This document shows positions 37,234 through 50,767 of a DNA stretch of 64,000 nt, piece after piece. The position numbers were made by a program, and so were the translations under genes. Where the stretch lies: positions 102,672,001 to 102,736,000 of the forward strand of contig OX597823.1 of NCBI GenBank assembly GCA_951406725.2, given 5' to 3'. The notes under the pieces were generated by a model. The model had not been told where the DNA came from, did not search any database, and was given only the letters and a program-made list of their open reading frames with translations. Within the stretch, counting starts at the first letter, position 1. Each line of letters begins with the position of its first letter. This stretch comes from Octopus vulgaris (taxonomy: Eukaryota).

Positions 37234-38299
37234 TTTAGAATAAAGTAATTCACATTCTCTACAGTATGTCAAATAATTTTCTTCACACAATAATTGCCAA
37301 ATGTACATCAGCAGATAGGTTTATTCTGAACACACACTGAATAAATGAGAGAGAAATTGAAGACAAATGAAACCAAACTGGGTCAAAAATCATGACTTTT
37401 AAATGTCAAAACCCACATTTTATTCTTTCTCTTGGGGTTATAACCCCACAATTCTTTTTTAAACAAAGCTAGAAATATTTTCTTACACTTAATTAATCCG
37501 TGTATTCTACAAAATGATATCACATTTTCATTAAAAAAAAAAGGAAACTGATGAATTTTAAAAACTTATATTTGATGATGATGCAAAAATGCTGATAATA
37601 ATAAAAAATAACAACTTAAAGTCAAAAAATATAAAAGCATCAACTTTCATTCTAATTTAAAAATCCACAGTGGATATTCTAAATGATGTGCATGGGTTTG
37701 GGTGCTGTATTGTATTCCTTTCTACAATAGGTACAAAGCCTGAAATTTTATGGGAGGGAGGGGCTAGTTGGTTACATTGACCCCAGTGCTCAACTGGTAC
37801 TTATTTTATCAACCCCCAAAAGGATGAAAGGCAAAGTCGACCGCGGTGGAACGCAAAGACAGACGAAATGCCACAAAGCATTTTGTCTGGAGCGCTAATG
37901 ATTTAGGCAGCTCATCACCTGGGGGGGGGGGGGCTGTATTACCCTATGCATTAGAATTGTAACAGTTCATATAAAAAGAATTAATATCACTGAATAATAT
38001 ATTTGGTGACAAAATACAGACTTATAATTACAATTATTCAATCTGACTACAAAGAGCAGTCCTCCATACTCTACAAGCATGCCACAGACCAACATGGAGG
38101 CACACTGGGTCAACTTGACATCTGCATTTTGTCCATCACCCAAGGGACCCAACACTCACACAAGTGCAGGAGTGTATCCTCATACATGGAGCATCCCCAG
38201 TGAATATTAATTTGATTAATATGAATTTAAAACCAGTGGTGTAGCATATAAGAACATAGTGGATCTTCTTCAAGCATAATGGATGTCCAGTTACAGTTC

Positions 38300-38595
38300 A
38301 TTGCTGTTATATAATACTTTCACTTTAATAGTTTTAGTATTAAAGTGAAAACACGTGACATTACAATAGAGAGATGTTTTTTGTTTCACTTTTGACACGT
38401 AATACTGAAATAGTGGAGAAGATATTGCTGTGGGCTCGCACTAGGCAAAAAGTTAAAAAAATTTTTTACCCATGACACTACATGGACCCTAAGTAAGGCA
38501 TGTGTAAAATTTGAATGAAACTGGTTGTGTAGTTCTCAAGTTTTAGGGATTCACACAGACAGAGAGACACACATTCTCAGTTTTATATATATAGA
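38300..38595 (-). mobile_element. Helitron-like 5' fragment
   Basis: Minus strand starts TCTATATATATAAAACTGAGAATGTGTGTC; no 3' end found. Confidence 0.5.
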
Positions 38596-39838
38596 TATAT
38601 ATATATATATTAATATATGTATATGTATATATATATATTGTGAATTTTAGGTTAGTTAAAATATCTTTGCGACATATCTCAACTGCCAAAGGCAAATTCA
38701 CTACAGTTACCATGAAGAAAAAATTCTCTCTTATGATACAATATATATTGTATTTTAAAACACAGCATCCATAAGAGATTTCATCTCAAACAAAAACTGC
38801 CAGTAACTTGCCTGAGTGTTTACATTAAGTATGATTCATAGATAGCAATTTTAATTTGATACTTGAATTGTGTACACTGTACTGCATTATAAATACACGC
38901 ACACACACACACACACATATAGACAGAGTGAGAGAGAAAATACACTTTTGACTATCCTAGCTGTTCTATCAATAAAACTATTTACACACTGAATTAGGAT
39001 GTAAGTGGCTGAGAATTTCACAAACATAAATATTCAGACAGAATCAATTCAACACAGAGTATGACAAGGCTAAGCCTTTAAATTAAAAAGAACACTCCGT
39101 CTGACAAGCTTCAACATAATTTCCATCTACCTATTTTCACTCACAAGGCTTGAGTTGACATGAGGCTGTGCTAGAAGGCATTTTCCCCAGGTCCTCACAC
39201 ACCAAGATTGAACCTAACATGTGGGATTGAAAGTCACAAACCACTTGGCTGAACCTACTTTTGTGGCTGTGAAGTTGAGAATCTTGCTTCCGAACCATGT
39301 GGTCTTGGGTTCCACTACACGGTACCTTGGGCAAGTATCTTTTACGATAGCCTTGAGTCAACCAAAGCCTTATGAGTAGATTCGGTAGGCAGAAACTGAA
39401 AGAAGTCCATCCTCTCTCTTTCTTCCTCCCCGCTGTCTATCATATAATGATTGTAAACGAATATCATCACCATACAAGCAATGCTTTTGTTTCCAGTCTT
39501 CCATGGAAAACATATCTGGTCATGGGAAATATTATCTTGCTGAAAAACTGATGAGGGTTGATGGTAGGAAGGGCATCCAGCCATCAAAAAATTCCATCTG
39601 ATGCATGCTTGGAAATGTGGGCATTAGATAATGACAATATATATATATATATACAAATGATGATGATGGTGATGATGATGATGATTGATGTATATATGAC
39701 TATATATATGTCAATGTATATGTGTATATATTGATGTATATATATGACAATATATATATATATATGTTAATATATATATATATCATCATCATCATCATCT
39801 AAATATATATATAATGCAAAGTGAATGTATGCATACAA

Positions 39839-40260
39839 TAATCAATATATTTATTATAATAGTCAATTCATGTTGCCTACGTGCATTTCAGTTTAATTGA
39901 ATTGCATTATGAATTTGAAAAAGCAAAAACCTTCATTGGGGCAAAGAGTAGAAGTCAACTGTTATTTTTTCATACACTTAACAGATGGAGAGTTCATTCT
40001 AATTGAATTGTAGTCTGTGCTCCAAGACACACAGACTACAGCTCAATCAGAATGAACACTCCATCTGTTAGGATGTATGAAAAAATAACAGTCAATTTCT
40101 ATTCTTTGCCCTGATGAAGGTTTTTGCTAGCTGCATAAGTATGGATTTAAGTAATTAAACTGAAATGCACAAAGGCAACATGAATTGACTATTATAATAA
40201 ATATATTGATTACTCTGTATATACATTCTCCATTTTCTCTGCACTGTTAAAATATTTTCT
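39839..40260 (+). mobile_element. Older foldback pLTR/retrozyme-like element
   Basis: Diverged arms 39839-40019 and 40030-40212 around a 10-nt loop; hammerhead remnants in both arms. Confidence 0.7.
40106..40178 (+). ncRNA. Degenerate type I hammerhead
   Basis: ttgcc CTGATGA aggttt...aaact GAAA tgcacaaa ggcaa; the inverted arm retains GAAA tgcacg TA ggcaa. Confidence 0.55.
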
Positions 40261-40446
40261 CCTATATTCAAAGAATGGAAGCGTCTATAGTGACAACTGG
40301 AATTTCAAGAGTGTAAGGTACTAATTATCAGAGAAGAACCAGCACTAGTAATATTCACATGTGGAATTTACAGTATCGTTAATTGATATAGAACTAAACC
40401 GGTGCATGCTTGGATAAATATCCCTAGGAAAGAACAACCTTTCTAT

Positions 40447-40482
40447 GTTTCTGACGAAGAGCTCCGCTCGAAACGTTAAATC
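40447..40482 (+). ncRNA. Minimal type I hammerhead (Penelope-type)
   Basis: gttt CTGACGA a-gagc-tcc-gctc GAAA cgt TA aatc; palindromic AACGTT; ~100 nt upstream of an (AT)n tract. Confidence 0.7.
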
Positions 40483-40581
40483 CTCTTTCTTTCTTTCCTT
40501 CCTGAGTGTCCAATAACACTATACTTGTTCCATGTCCTCGCATTGTTGTGTTTTCTCTTTGTGTTTTCATATTTGGATTAG

Positions 40582-40649
<68 letters not shown>

Positions 40650-40655
<6 letters not shown>

Positions 40656-41881
40656 TATATATGTGGGAAATTCTGTCAGTGAGTGCGTTTGTTTGTGGAG
40701 TTGTTAGCTAACTCCTACATCATTTTATCGATTTTGATAAAATTTGACATGTGAGTAGAACTCATGTCTGGAAACCTTGTGACATTGTTGAAAAAAATCG
40801 ATAATAAGGCCCCTGGAAGAGATCCTTATATCTACTACATATAACTAATATATTTTATTTAAATACCCAAGGGAAATAACCCATAGCACCTGCACTTACA
40901 ATTGTCAGTTTTTAGCGAAGCAATCAATATTTGATTCTCACAATCAGCGGACCTAATTCTGCATTTCACTACTCACAGTTTTGAACTGCTAAACCTTATT
41001 ATTGCACTTTCTTGATTTGAATCTTAAACCTTAAAGACTTCATTCATACATTTATATACATACATACTTTTTTGCACTTATATATGCTACATTTATATAT
41101 TAGCTTTAATAAATTAGCTTTGATAAAGTTAACATTTAAAATGCCATGACTTCACAAGCTGCTCTAATGTGACAACGGCAATCTCAAGTAAGTCTCTGAT
41201 TCATTATGTTTGATATTTACTAAATCAAACAATTATTCTTCATCTATTCTACTTCAATATCTAAACAGTTATATGCATATTGCTGTAATTAATTTAGACA
41301 TTGCATTAATAGACATTTTTTCAACATCTACAAATAACTAAATGCTGGCAATGCATGCAGGGTTTTCAATTAAATTTGATTACATTTTGAATGCCCATAA
41401 TTCTGCATTTTTCCAGTTAAACTTTTTCGATGACAGAAGATAAATTTTTGATTCCAGAATATATTTAATAAGTGTGTCCCAATCCTGCTTTTTCTCATGG
41501 ACAGCTCTGTCGGATGCTCTAGAGTTGGAAATCCGGAAAATTTATTCATCTATGCACCCAATGGCAAAACCAAAAATATTGTGTATCATGAAGCCCTGAA
41601 AGACTGAAATTTTGGAACAAAGATGCCTCTCCCTCCAACAAGCTCTCTCGCCAACCTCTGAAAACCTCTCTCGCCAACCTCTGAAAACCTCTCTCACCAA
41701 CCTCTGACAATCTCTTCCTCCTCCAGCTGACAGTTTTTTTTTTACTTTTTCGTGACGGAAAATACACCTTTTGTGGCAGTTATAATGAAATTGCTTTTTT
41801 ATATCAGAATAATAAAGCATTTAAATAAGGTGTTTATATAGAACATCCTTACCCCTAGGAATTACCAGGTACACCAACTAG
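40650..41881 (+). mobile_element. Probable Helitron derivative
   Basis: Helitron-like 5' region emerging from (AT)n; degenerate 3' hairpin then CTAG|T at 41878-41881; internal 24-bp tandem repeat at ~41643-41710. Confidence 0.5.
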
Positions 41882-44800
41882 TATATATATATTTTGCTTA
41901 AACATTGTGAGTTTAGTGTTCCTCAGGCACTCGACTCTGCATTGTATAGCAGAAGCAGCTGGAAGATAATTGTTTATTCCTTTATTATCTCATTTTATAT
42001 ATACATACACACACACATGTGTGTGTGCGTGACTATATGTGTGTGTGTATATGCACATATAAGCTAAGTGATTAAGACTCACACACACAAATATGCATGT
42101 GTGTGTGTGTGTGTGTGTGCATGTGTGTATGTCTATCACATGTGAAAGTCAGCTCTAGTTTTTCTCAGTTAACAGATCAACATTTTCTGGTCAAAATGTT
42201 ATCTTGTGTTTGAATTCCATGAGATTAAAGAAATAAATTTCCCCCATTATCATAAACTTTGATGTACAATTCACACAAGCATTGGGTTAAAGATTTTCAA
42301 ATTCATTATCAAACAAGCACCGCAATTATTGCAGCATAATCAGCACAAAAGCCATCACTCCATCTATTCTTCTACAAGGTAGACCCACATGCATTTGAAC
42401 TATAAATCATTATAAATATAATATCTCTGAATATAATAAATATAATATCTAAATATAATATCATAAATATAATAATAATATAAATATAATATAATATAAA
42501 TATAATATCTCTGAATAGGTCATATTTCCCAGTATACAAAGTTTCATCATTCTGTAGTGTATAGGCTTAGGGTTGGAGCAAGGGTTAGGGTTAAGGTTAT
42601 TATTTATGAAGTAGTGTAACCAGTGTTATCAGATAAGGAGGGACCAAAAGCAGTACCATTTAATGTAAAGACTCAATAATTACTAGAATTGATTACTGTT
42701 CACTATTGCTATGAGCTATATCTATCAGAGAAACTGTATAAAAGTTAGGTCAAAGGTAGAGCACAATCTCACTTGGTAGGATATCTGATGTTAGTTTCTG
42801 TAGAAGAAACCACTAGGTCATGGACTAGTACCAGGTTGTGGATCATCTGGTAGCAGGCTGCACAGAGAGAATAAATTTTAAAATTTTAAGTTGTATTATA
42901 CTAGCTTCAAATGTTGGCACAAAACCAGCAATTTCAGAAGGAGATGTAAGTCAAGTACAGCAACCGCAGGGCTCAACTGGCACTTATTTTATCAACCCTG
43001 AAAGTATGAAATGCAAAGTCGACCTCGGCAGAATTTAAACTCAGAATATAAAGACAGGCAAAATGCCATTAAGATGTTTGCCTGGTGTGCTAACAATTTT
43101 TCCTGCTTGCTGCCTTAGTTGTATTTTATATATTACAATATAATAATAGAAATAAAATACATAATATACAATGTACACATTACATCTGTATTATGGAGGG
43201 CGGACTTTAAACAATGATGATGATGATGATGATGACTATACACTTGATTGTGTTTTGCCATGTGTGTGAAACCCTGGTCTGTGGAAAAATTGTCTTGTAT
43301 GAAGCTGGCACAGGTAGCAAACAAAGATAGTTGAGTACTTTTAGTTTTAATATGTTGGCCACCTTGTCTCATTTCTTGTTCTGTTCCAGGGTCCTAATAC
43401 AATATCTTAATTTTGATATGAGCCCCATAATATTTTTTCACTATAGCATATGTGACATAAGGATCAGATAGAAAGTGTTTTACCCACAACCCACTGGTGT
43501 GTCATTTGGTACCTTCTGTTTTGCTAATTATATTTTCCTGTTTTCTCAGTCTTGTATTTTATCTCATTACATGGTAAAACTCAGTATGATATAAATGTGA
43601 AAATCAAAACAAAAACAAAAAAAATTATAGTATGTAGACTAAAAAAAAAATGCTGCTGTAGTGTACCATAATCATATAGTTAAGAAACTGTAGCATAACA
43701 GCTCTCAAAAGATATGAGAAAACCTACTGGATGATTGTGTAGGTTTTACAAACATAACCACCTCTACCCTCTGATGGCTCATGCAGAAACCAATGTGTTA
43801 AAATTCTTCATCTTGTGAGAAAATGCCTCTCAGAAAAAGGGAGAAAAAACAAACACAAACGTAGAGAAGTTTTTGAAGTAAAAATTATTGAGATTTCTAA
43901 AAATACAAATAAGTGTGTACCAGTAAAAGAATTTGGTGTTTCAGAGAATCTTGCAACAGACTGGAGAAAGATATCAAACTAACTTCAGATAATGTGATAC
44001 ATAGAATGTGCTGACAAAAGGTCAACCTTGCCAAGTGGCCACAAGAGGAAAAGATAGATGCTGAGTGTGTTTTTGGAAACTGCGAGGATAGAAATTATGT
44101 CCCCTACATGCAAAAAGGATCAAAGGAGGACAAAGTTTTGAAGGCAAGTACTGAATGTTAAACCAACTTCATGGGAAAAGTATGATTTAGTACTTCAGAA
44201 CAGAATGAAAACTGCACAAAAGCTATTTACCCATCTGGATGAAAGAGTTCTAGAGATTTATTTTTGGCATGATTTTTATAGCTGGATGCCCTTCCAAACA
44301 CCAACCACATTACAGTGTGAAATGGATGCTTTTAATATGACACCAGCATTGGCAGAGTAACCAAATAACTCGCAAGACAAGGAATTATGACAGGAGCAGG
44401 GGCATTTGAGGAAGGGAACTTGTGTCAGAGGCTGAACGGTTAGAGTGTGACAAAGAGACAGAAGCAGGGCCTCACTACAACAGAGAGGATATTAGAGGAT
44501 GTAATCCAGTATCAGATGATGAAAGGTAACAGAGAAATAGAGAGGTAGAAATAGGTGTGTTGCTATAGAGGAGATACATGGTTACAGAGAGAGGGGAGAG
44601 AGAAAGAGAGAGAGAGAAAAAGAGAGCGAGATACAAGACAGAGGCCAGAAACAAGTGTGTTGATATAAAGGAGATAGTTGGTTACCCAGTCAGAGGAAAA
44701 ACAAGGAGAGAGAGAGTGGCCAAGGGAGAGAGAGAGTAGAAAGCAGTAAAAAGTGTAAGAAAGAGCAGAAGAGAGATGGTGTAGTGGTAGGGTATACTCA

Positions 44801-44904
44801 CAAGTAACCAGGGTCTGAGCATAGAACCTTGGTGGAAAAATAGGGTGTGGATGTAGTGGGTGGGGGCAGCAGCGATACAGTGTGTAGGGCAGTGAGGGCA
44901 AGAG

Positions 44905-45800
44905 CAATTAAACCAACTTTTGCACAAAAATTCTCATTAAACAACAAGGGAACTGGCAGAGAAAATGGAATGCTCCCACACTGTTATAGAGAAGTATTTT
45001 TACTCGATAGGAAAAATTCAGAAGTATGGAGCAATGGGTTCCGCATGCTTTAAGTGACAACAACAAAAATCAACAAGTCACAATCTCCTCTGGTTTGCTT
45101 GCTCGTCACTGCTCAACTCATGGACACAAGCAACGATTTCTTTACCAAATTGTTACTGGCGACGAAAAATGGCGCCTGTACATCAATATGAAGCAGCGTA
45201 AGGAATGGCTTAGCGCCGGTAAACAAGCGACACCGAGTGTGAAACAAGATCTTCATCCGCGTAAAACAATGTGCGTATGGTGGGACTGGGAAGGGATTAT
45301 CCACTACAAATTCCTTGAATGGAACCAAACAGTCAATGCGGAACTCTATGTTCAACAGATGGAATGACTCAACTCGGCTATTCAAGAGAAAAGACCTAAT
45401 CGTCAGCATGGAGTTATTCTGCTGCATGACAACACCCGCCCTCATATCGCCAATATGACCAAGGAAGCCATTCAAACGCATGGCTGGGAAGTGCTGCAAC
45501 ACCTCCTGTACTCTTCTGATTTGGCACCAACGGATTTCCACCTCTTTTGAGCTCTTTCAAATGCTACGAGCGGATTTTCATTCAATACTGATACAGAATT
45601 GAGAGCTTGCTTGGATCAATTTTTCGAGTCAAAATCAGGTCATTTCTACCAACGAGGTATTGAAAATCTTGTAGAACGTTGGGAAGAAGTTGTAAATAAC
45701 AAGGGTGAATACATTATTGATTAATTAGTTGTTATTTTTTATTAAACCTTTTAAAAAATTTAAATTTAAAAAAACGGGGGAAACTTAGTTGCCAACCTAA
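44905..45800 (+). mobile_element. 5'-truncated mariner element
   Basis: WVPHAL, VTGDEKW, LHDNTRPH, YSSDLAPTDFHLF, GEYIID-stop; end TTGCCAACCTAA|TA. Confidence 0.9.
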
Positions 45801-47016
45801 TAATATAGGGCAGGACCGCCTTTGGCAATAATTACAGCTTGAATTCTACAAGGTATGGACTCGTACAAAGTCTGAATTCTTTCTAAAGGAACTTTTGTCC
45901 ATTCTTCAGCTAAAACAGTCTCCAGTTCTTGTAGTGATGATGGAGGCGGATATCGACTCCTTACTTTTGTTTTTCTAAAATGTACCATTAATGTTCAATA
46001 ATATTGACGTCTGGGAAGTGCGGTGGCCAGATAAGATGTTCAACTTCCCTAGAATGTTCCTCATGCCATTCAGTGACAACTTTAGCTGGGTGAATTGGTG
46101 CATTATCATCCTCAAAGACTGCGTTTCCCTCCAGAAACAGTTCTGCAACCAGAGGATGAATCTGATCAGATAAAATGCTTGACTATTAATTCTGCCAAGA
46201 AGGGAAACCATTGGGCCGGCAGATTTCCAAGATATAGCCCCCCACCTCAATCATCACAGATCTTCCTTCATGTTTAACAGTTGGAAGAAAGCAGTCTGAG
46301 TCAAATGCTTCTTTTGGCTGTCTCCACACGTATACTCGGCCAGTGGTCAGAAATAAGGTAAAGGGTTTCTCATCTGAGAAAATAATATTCTTCCACTACT
46401 CTGGGGACCAATTCTGTAGATTTTTACTCCACTCTAAACGCTTTGCAATGTTTGTTTTTGAAAGTAGTGGTTTTCTGATTGCAGCCCTCCCGTGAAATCC
46501 GGCTTTGTGCAGCTCCCAGCTAACATTTTTTATGGAAACTGGGTTTTCGTGGTGGTCATTAAGCTCTGCAGTAATTCTGGGAGCTGTACTCTTGTGATCC
46601 TTTCTAACAATTCACAGAAGAGTCCAACAGTCCCTATCTGAAAGTTTTGGTTTTCTTCCGGAGTTTTGTTTTGACAAGGAAATTTTCCCCTCTTTCTCAA
46701 AGGCTGTCATTACTTTCAAGACAGTACTTCTTGATACACCAAACATTTTGGCTGTTTTCATTATGCTAGCACCTGCCATACGAGCACTAACAATTTGACC
46801 TCTTTGAAAGTCCTATAGATCTATCATTTTAATGAATTTTAATTATCTTTTTCTGATGATATCTAAAAAGAAACAGCAATTTTAGCAAAAGATATTAAGC
46901 AACACTAATAATAAATCAAAAAACATAAAAATAAACAAGCTTTTGATGGTTTTATAGATATTTCAAAATTATGATGCTATGATGCTAGGTGTTTCCATTA
47001 TTTTATCCAACCCCTG
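45797..47016 (-). mobile_element. Tc1-like element, degenerate
   Basis: TA|CAGGGG terminus; DFQRGQIV..ARMAGAS, IFSDE, WGAISW, ESIPCRIQAVIIAKGG. Confidence 0.88.
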
Positions 47017-47599
47017 TATATATATATATATATATCATCATCATCATCATCATCATTTAGCATCCGTTTTCTATGCTAGCATGGGTTGGACAGTTTCACT
47101 GGGGTCTGTGAAGCCGGAAGGCTTCATCAGGCCCAGTCAGATTTGGCAGTGTTTCTGCGGCTGGATGCCCTTCCTAACGCCAACCACTCCGTGAGTGTAG
47201 TGGCTGCTTTTTACTTGCCACCTGCACAGGTGCCAGACAGAGCTGGCAAACGGCCACGAACGGATGGTGTTTTTTTCGTGCCACCGGCATATATATATAT
47301 ATATATGTACATACATAGTGTGTGTGTCATCATCATCATTTAACATACACTTTCTATGCCTGCATGGGTTAGATGAAATTTGTTGAGGCAGAATTTCTAC
47401 AGCCAGACACCCTTCCTGTTCCCAACTCTCATCCAATTCCAAGCAAGGTAATATTCCCCATGGCCAGACATGTTTTTCTGTGGAAGACAAGAAACAAATA
47501 ACAATGCTTGCATGATGGCAATGCCTTCAGTTAATAACTCTATTGATATTTGAGTACTTAATAACAGTACACATTAGCTATAAACTAGGTTGCACTATA

Positions 47600-47990
47600 C
47601 TCTTTTACTCCTTTACTTGTTTCAGTCATTTGACTGTGGCCATGCTGGAGCACTGCCTTTAGTCGAACAAATCGATCCCAGGACTTATTCTTTGTAAGCC
47701 TCGTACTAATTCTATCAGTCTCTTTTGCCGAACTGCTAAGTTACGGGGACGTAAACACACCAGCATTGGTTGTCAAGCGATGGTGGGGGGACAAACACAC
47801 ACACACACACACATACATATATACACATATATACGACAGGCTTCTTTCAGTTTCCGCCTACCAAATCCACTCACAAGGCTTTGGTTGGCCCGAGGCTATA
47901 GTAGAAGACATCCAAGGTGCCACACAGTGGGACTGAACCCAGAACCATGTGGTTGGTAAGCAAGCTACTTACCACACAGACACTCCTATG
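47600..47990 (-). mobile_element. tRNA-derived SINE
   Basis: Same family as 54662-55100. Confidence 0.8.
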
Positions 47991-48225
47991 CCTATATGAC
48001 TATAGGTGATAGGTTGTTTAAATAAAGCAAGTGTTTGTTATAGATTAGTTTGGAAAGCTTCAGACGGATTTGCTTTGGTACATGCAATTGCACTAAGTTT
48101 GAATTCTGCTATCTTGGGGCGGGATGTGATTATGAGTGACTGAAATATAATTGCACATAATGATTTAAAAAGGTCAATGAAGAAGGGTCTCAAACACAGG
48201 AAATTGGGTAGGATACGTAGGTTTT

Positions 48226-48505
48226 AATTGTTTGACCGTGGTCAAGACAATGGAATTTACTATGTTACGCCAGACTTCACGGTCCATCATAGCATTACGG
48301 AGGTCCTGTTGCTGGATGCCTGTATCCCTGGAGATTACATCAGGGTAGGAGAGTGTGCGCCCTCTGGTATCACAAGCAGATGGCTTTCAGAGGAGAAGAG
48401 TAGAAGTTACCTCGTTTTCAGCTCTACAACAATGTCCAGCAAACTGGACTCTTCTACCTTTCACAAGAGATGATACAGGTGGTAGTTTCCCATATATTTG
48501 CACTT
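48226..48505 (-). mobile_element. RTE-type LINE 3' fragment
   Basis: High identity to 15500-15770. Confidence 0.8.
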
Positions 48506-49172
48506 GAAATCGATTAAGAATTTTATAGTTAAGCCTTTGATACAAAATTAAGAGGAAGGTTTTGAAAACTAGAGACAAACTGTAACTGGTTTGTCGTAGG
48601 AATGAATTAGAAGGATGAACAAGGGTGATAGGGGAATAATCAGTTTTTAGTAAGCAAGAAGTTAAGGAATATATTAATGCATTGCAAGATGAATACTTTA
48701 TGGTTCTAGTAAATATGGCAGGGGGAACTCTATGTCTTGTAATAATTCTGCTTGTTATTGCATTATTTAGCCCATTGGTAATGCTTTCACATGAAAGAGG
48801 GAGAAGGAAAGGGAGAGAGAAAAGGAGGGAGAGGAAAGCATCCATGATGTGAGGTAAAGGGAATGTAATTGTAAGACTTTCATGTGAAGGGAAAGAGAGG
48901 AGAAAGAAAAAGGAGGGAGAAAAAGAAGATAAGGCGAAGAGTTAGAAAGATGCGGGAAGAAAAAGAGGGAGAGAGAAAAAGATGATATAACTGTTAGACA
49001 ATCTAGCTTACTATGTATATATCTATATATAATATATGTGTGCATTTCTAGCTACTGTTGTCATATTAGGGTTTCATCAGGGGATGGTAATGCAAACAGC
49101 CTCAAACATTCCTTTGATGGCTGATTTTATGTTATTAACAAATGTCGATGACAGGTATAGTTTTCTCCTTAA

Positions 49173-50045
49173 CCCTTTCGTTACCAAACCGCCCAAAGCC
49201 GCCCGAAAAAAATTTTGGTTAATGTGACCAAACCGCCCAAACCCACCCGTATTTACCTATTCATATTTAAATGAGAATATCAGAGCAAATCTCTTTAGTA
49301 CATTCGTGAAAACATGTGATTATACTTCATAAACAGTTCATCTACAGTTTTGTACAATGATCGAAGTGTAATTTTAATTCCGTGAATTTTGGGAGATTTT
49401 TTTCCGAAATTTGTTCCTATTGTGTTTTCAAAATTTGTAATTCTGACAAAAAATGGATACGAATTTCATTATATCAAGCAGCGAGTCAGAATTCGAAGGA
49501 TTTTCTACTGAACACCTTCATAAATCTAACTCTATGACTGAAAAAAAGCACGAGGTATTTGATAATGAATTCGATGTCTCATTTTCTGAAAGTGAAAACA
49601 GTGAATCCGAGAGCTCCAACAGCGATAAAGAAAATGAATTGGCACCTGAATGGAGTGAAACTTTAAAAACTGTTTCTTTCGGTGGTTTTTCTGAAGAAAC
49701 TGGACCAAGCCACAGACTTTCCCAGAAGAGTAAAGCCTTAGACTATTTCTTTTTACTTTTTTGAATGAGCCTATTTGAAATCATTACGGCGGAAACGAAC
49801 CGTTACGCTAAATGTAAACAAAGCAAAAGAAAGGATAGTTTGTGGTTTCCCACAACCTTAAATGAAATTAAGGCCTATTTTGCCATAAATATTATTATGG
49901 GTATCAGAAAGTTACCCAGAATAACAAATTCTATAGTAAAATTTTGTCGTATACCCAATTGAATATTAGCTAATAACCCATTTTCTACAGCAATGTTTGA
50001 ACAAAAATTTTAATAATTTTATATTTTGTTGAATTTACCTGTATC
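49173..50045 (+). mobile_element. piggyBac element, deleted derivative
   Basis: TTAA|CCCTTTCG terminus; acidic N-terminus then FSEETGP..LDYFFLLF*..ETNRYA..W.PTTLNEIKAYFAINIIMGI; homology stops at ~49928. Confidence 0.85.
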
Positions 50046-50053
50046 TACCTGCA

Positions 50054-50767
50054 ATGAATTTGGAGATGTGCCAAGAAGATGAGTCAAAATTTTTCAAAAG
50101 ACTGATTACACAGGATGAAACCTGGGTCCATCACTATGATCCAGAGACCAAAGCCCAGTCAATGCAGTGGAAGCACCGTGACACACCTCCTCCAAAGAAG
50201 GCAAGGGTGCAGCCCTCCGCTGGCAAGGTCATGCTCACAGTCTTCTGGGACCAGGACATAGTAGTGATGACAGATTTCCTGGCAAAGGCTACCACAATTA
50301 CAGGAGCCTATTATGCTTCACTTTTGAGGAAATTAAGAGAAGCTATCAAAATCAAGAGGGGGGGCAAGATCAGCAAAGGCATTCTCCTCCTGCAGGACAA
50401 CGCTCCGGTCCACAACTCGCGTGTCGCCAGATCAGAAGCACAGGCATGCAGCTATGAACTCCTCCCCCACCCCCCTACTCTCCTAACCTTGCACCCTCTG
50501 ATTTTCACCTCTTCCCAGCCATGAAGTTGTTTTTGAAAGGAAAGTGTTTCCCAGATGATGCAGCCTTGATTTCTGAAGTCACGTCGTGGTTGGAGGACTA
50601 AGCTGGGGTCTTTTACAAAAACGGTCTCCAGAGCTGCATCAAACGATGGGAGAAATGTGTAACTCAGGGTGATTCCTATGTAGAAAAAGACTAATAACTG
50701 TGCCAAGTTTCGTTGCTCTACTGCTATGGGAAGTGGGTCAGGGGCATTACTTATTGAACGCCCCTCG
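50054..50767 (+). mobile_element. 5'-truncated mariner (irritans-like)
   Basis: ITQDETWVHHYDPETK, SAGKVMLTVFWD, LQDNAPVH, LAPSDFHLF; end ...GAACGCCCCTCG|TA. Confidence 0.88.

Noticed and set aside
42568-42599. TTAGGG-like motifs
   Set aside because: Only two or three degenerate copies; not an interstitial telomere array
43765-43800. ctgatggctcatgcagaaacc, hammerhead-like
   Set aside because: Core incomplete, with no stem I or cleavage triplet
43805-44190. Possible pogo/Tigger helix-turn-helix remnant
   Set aside because: Too degraded to support from the sequence alone
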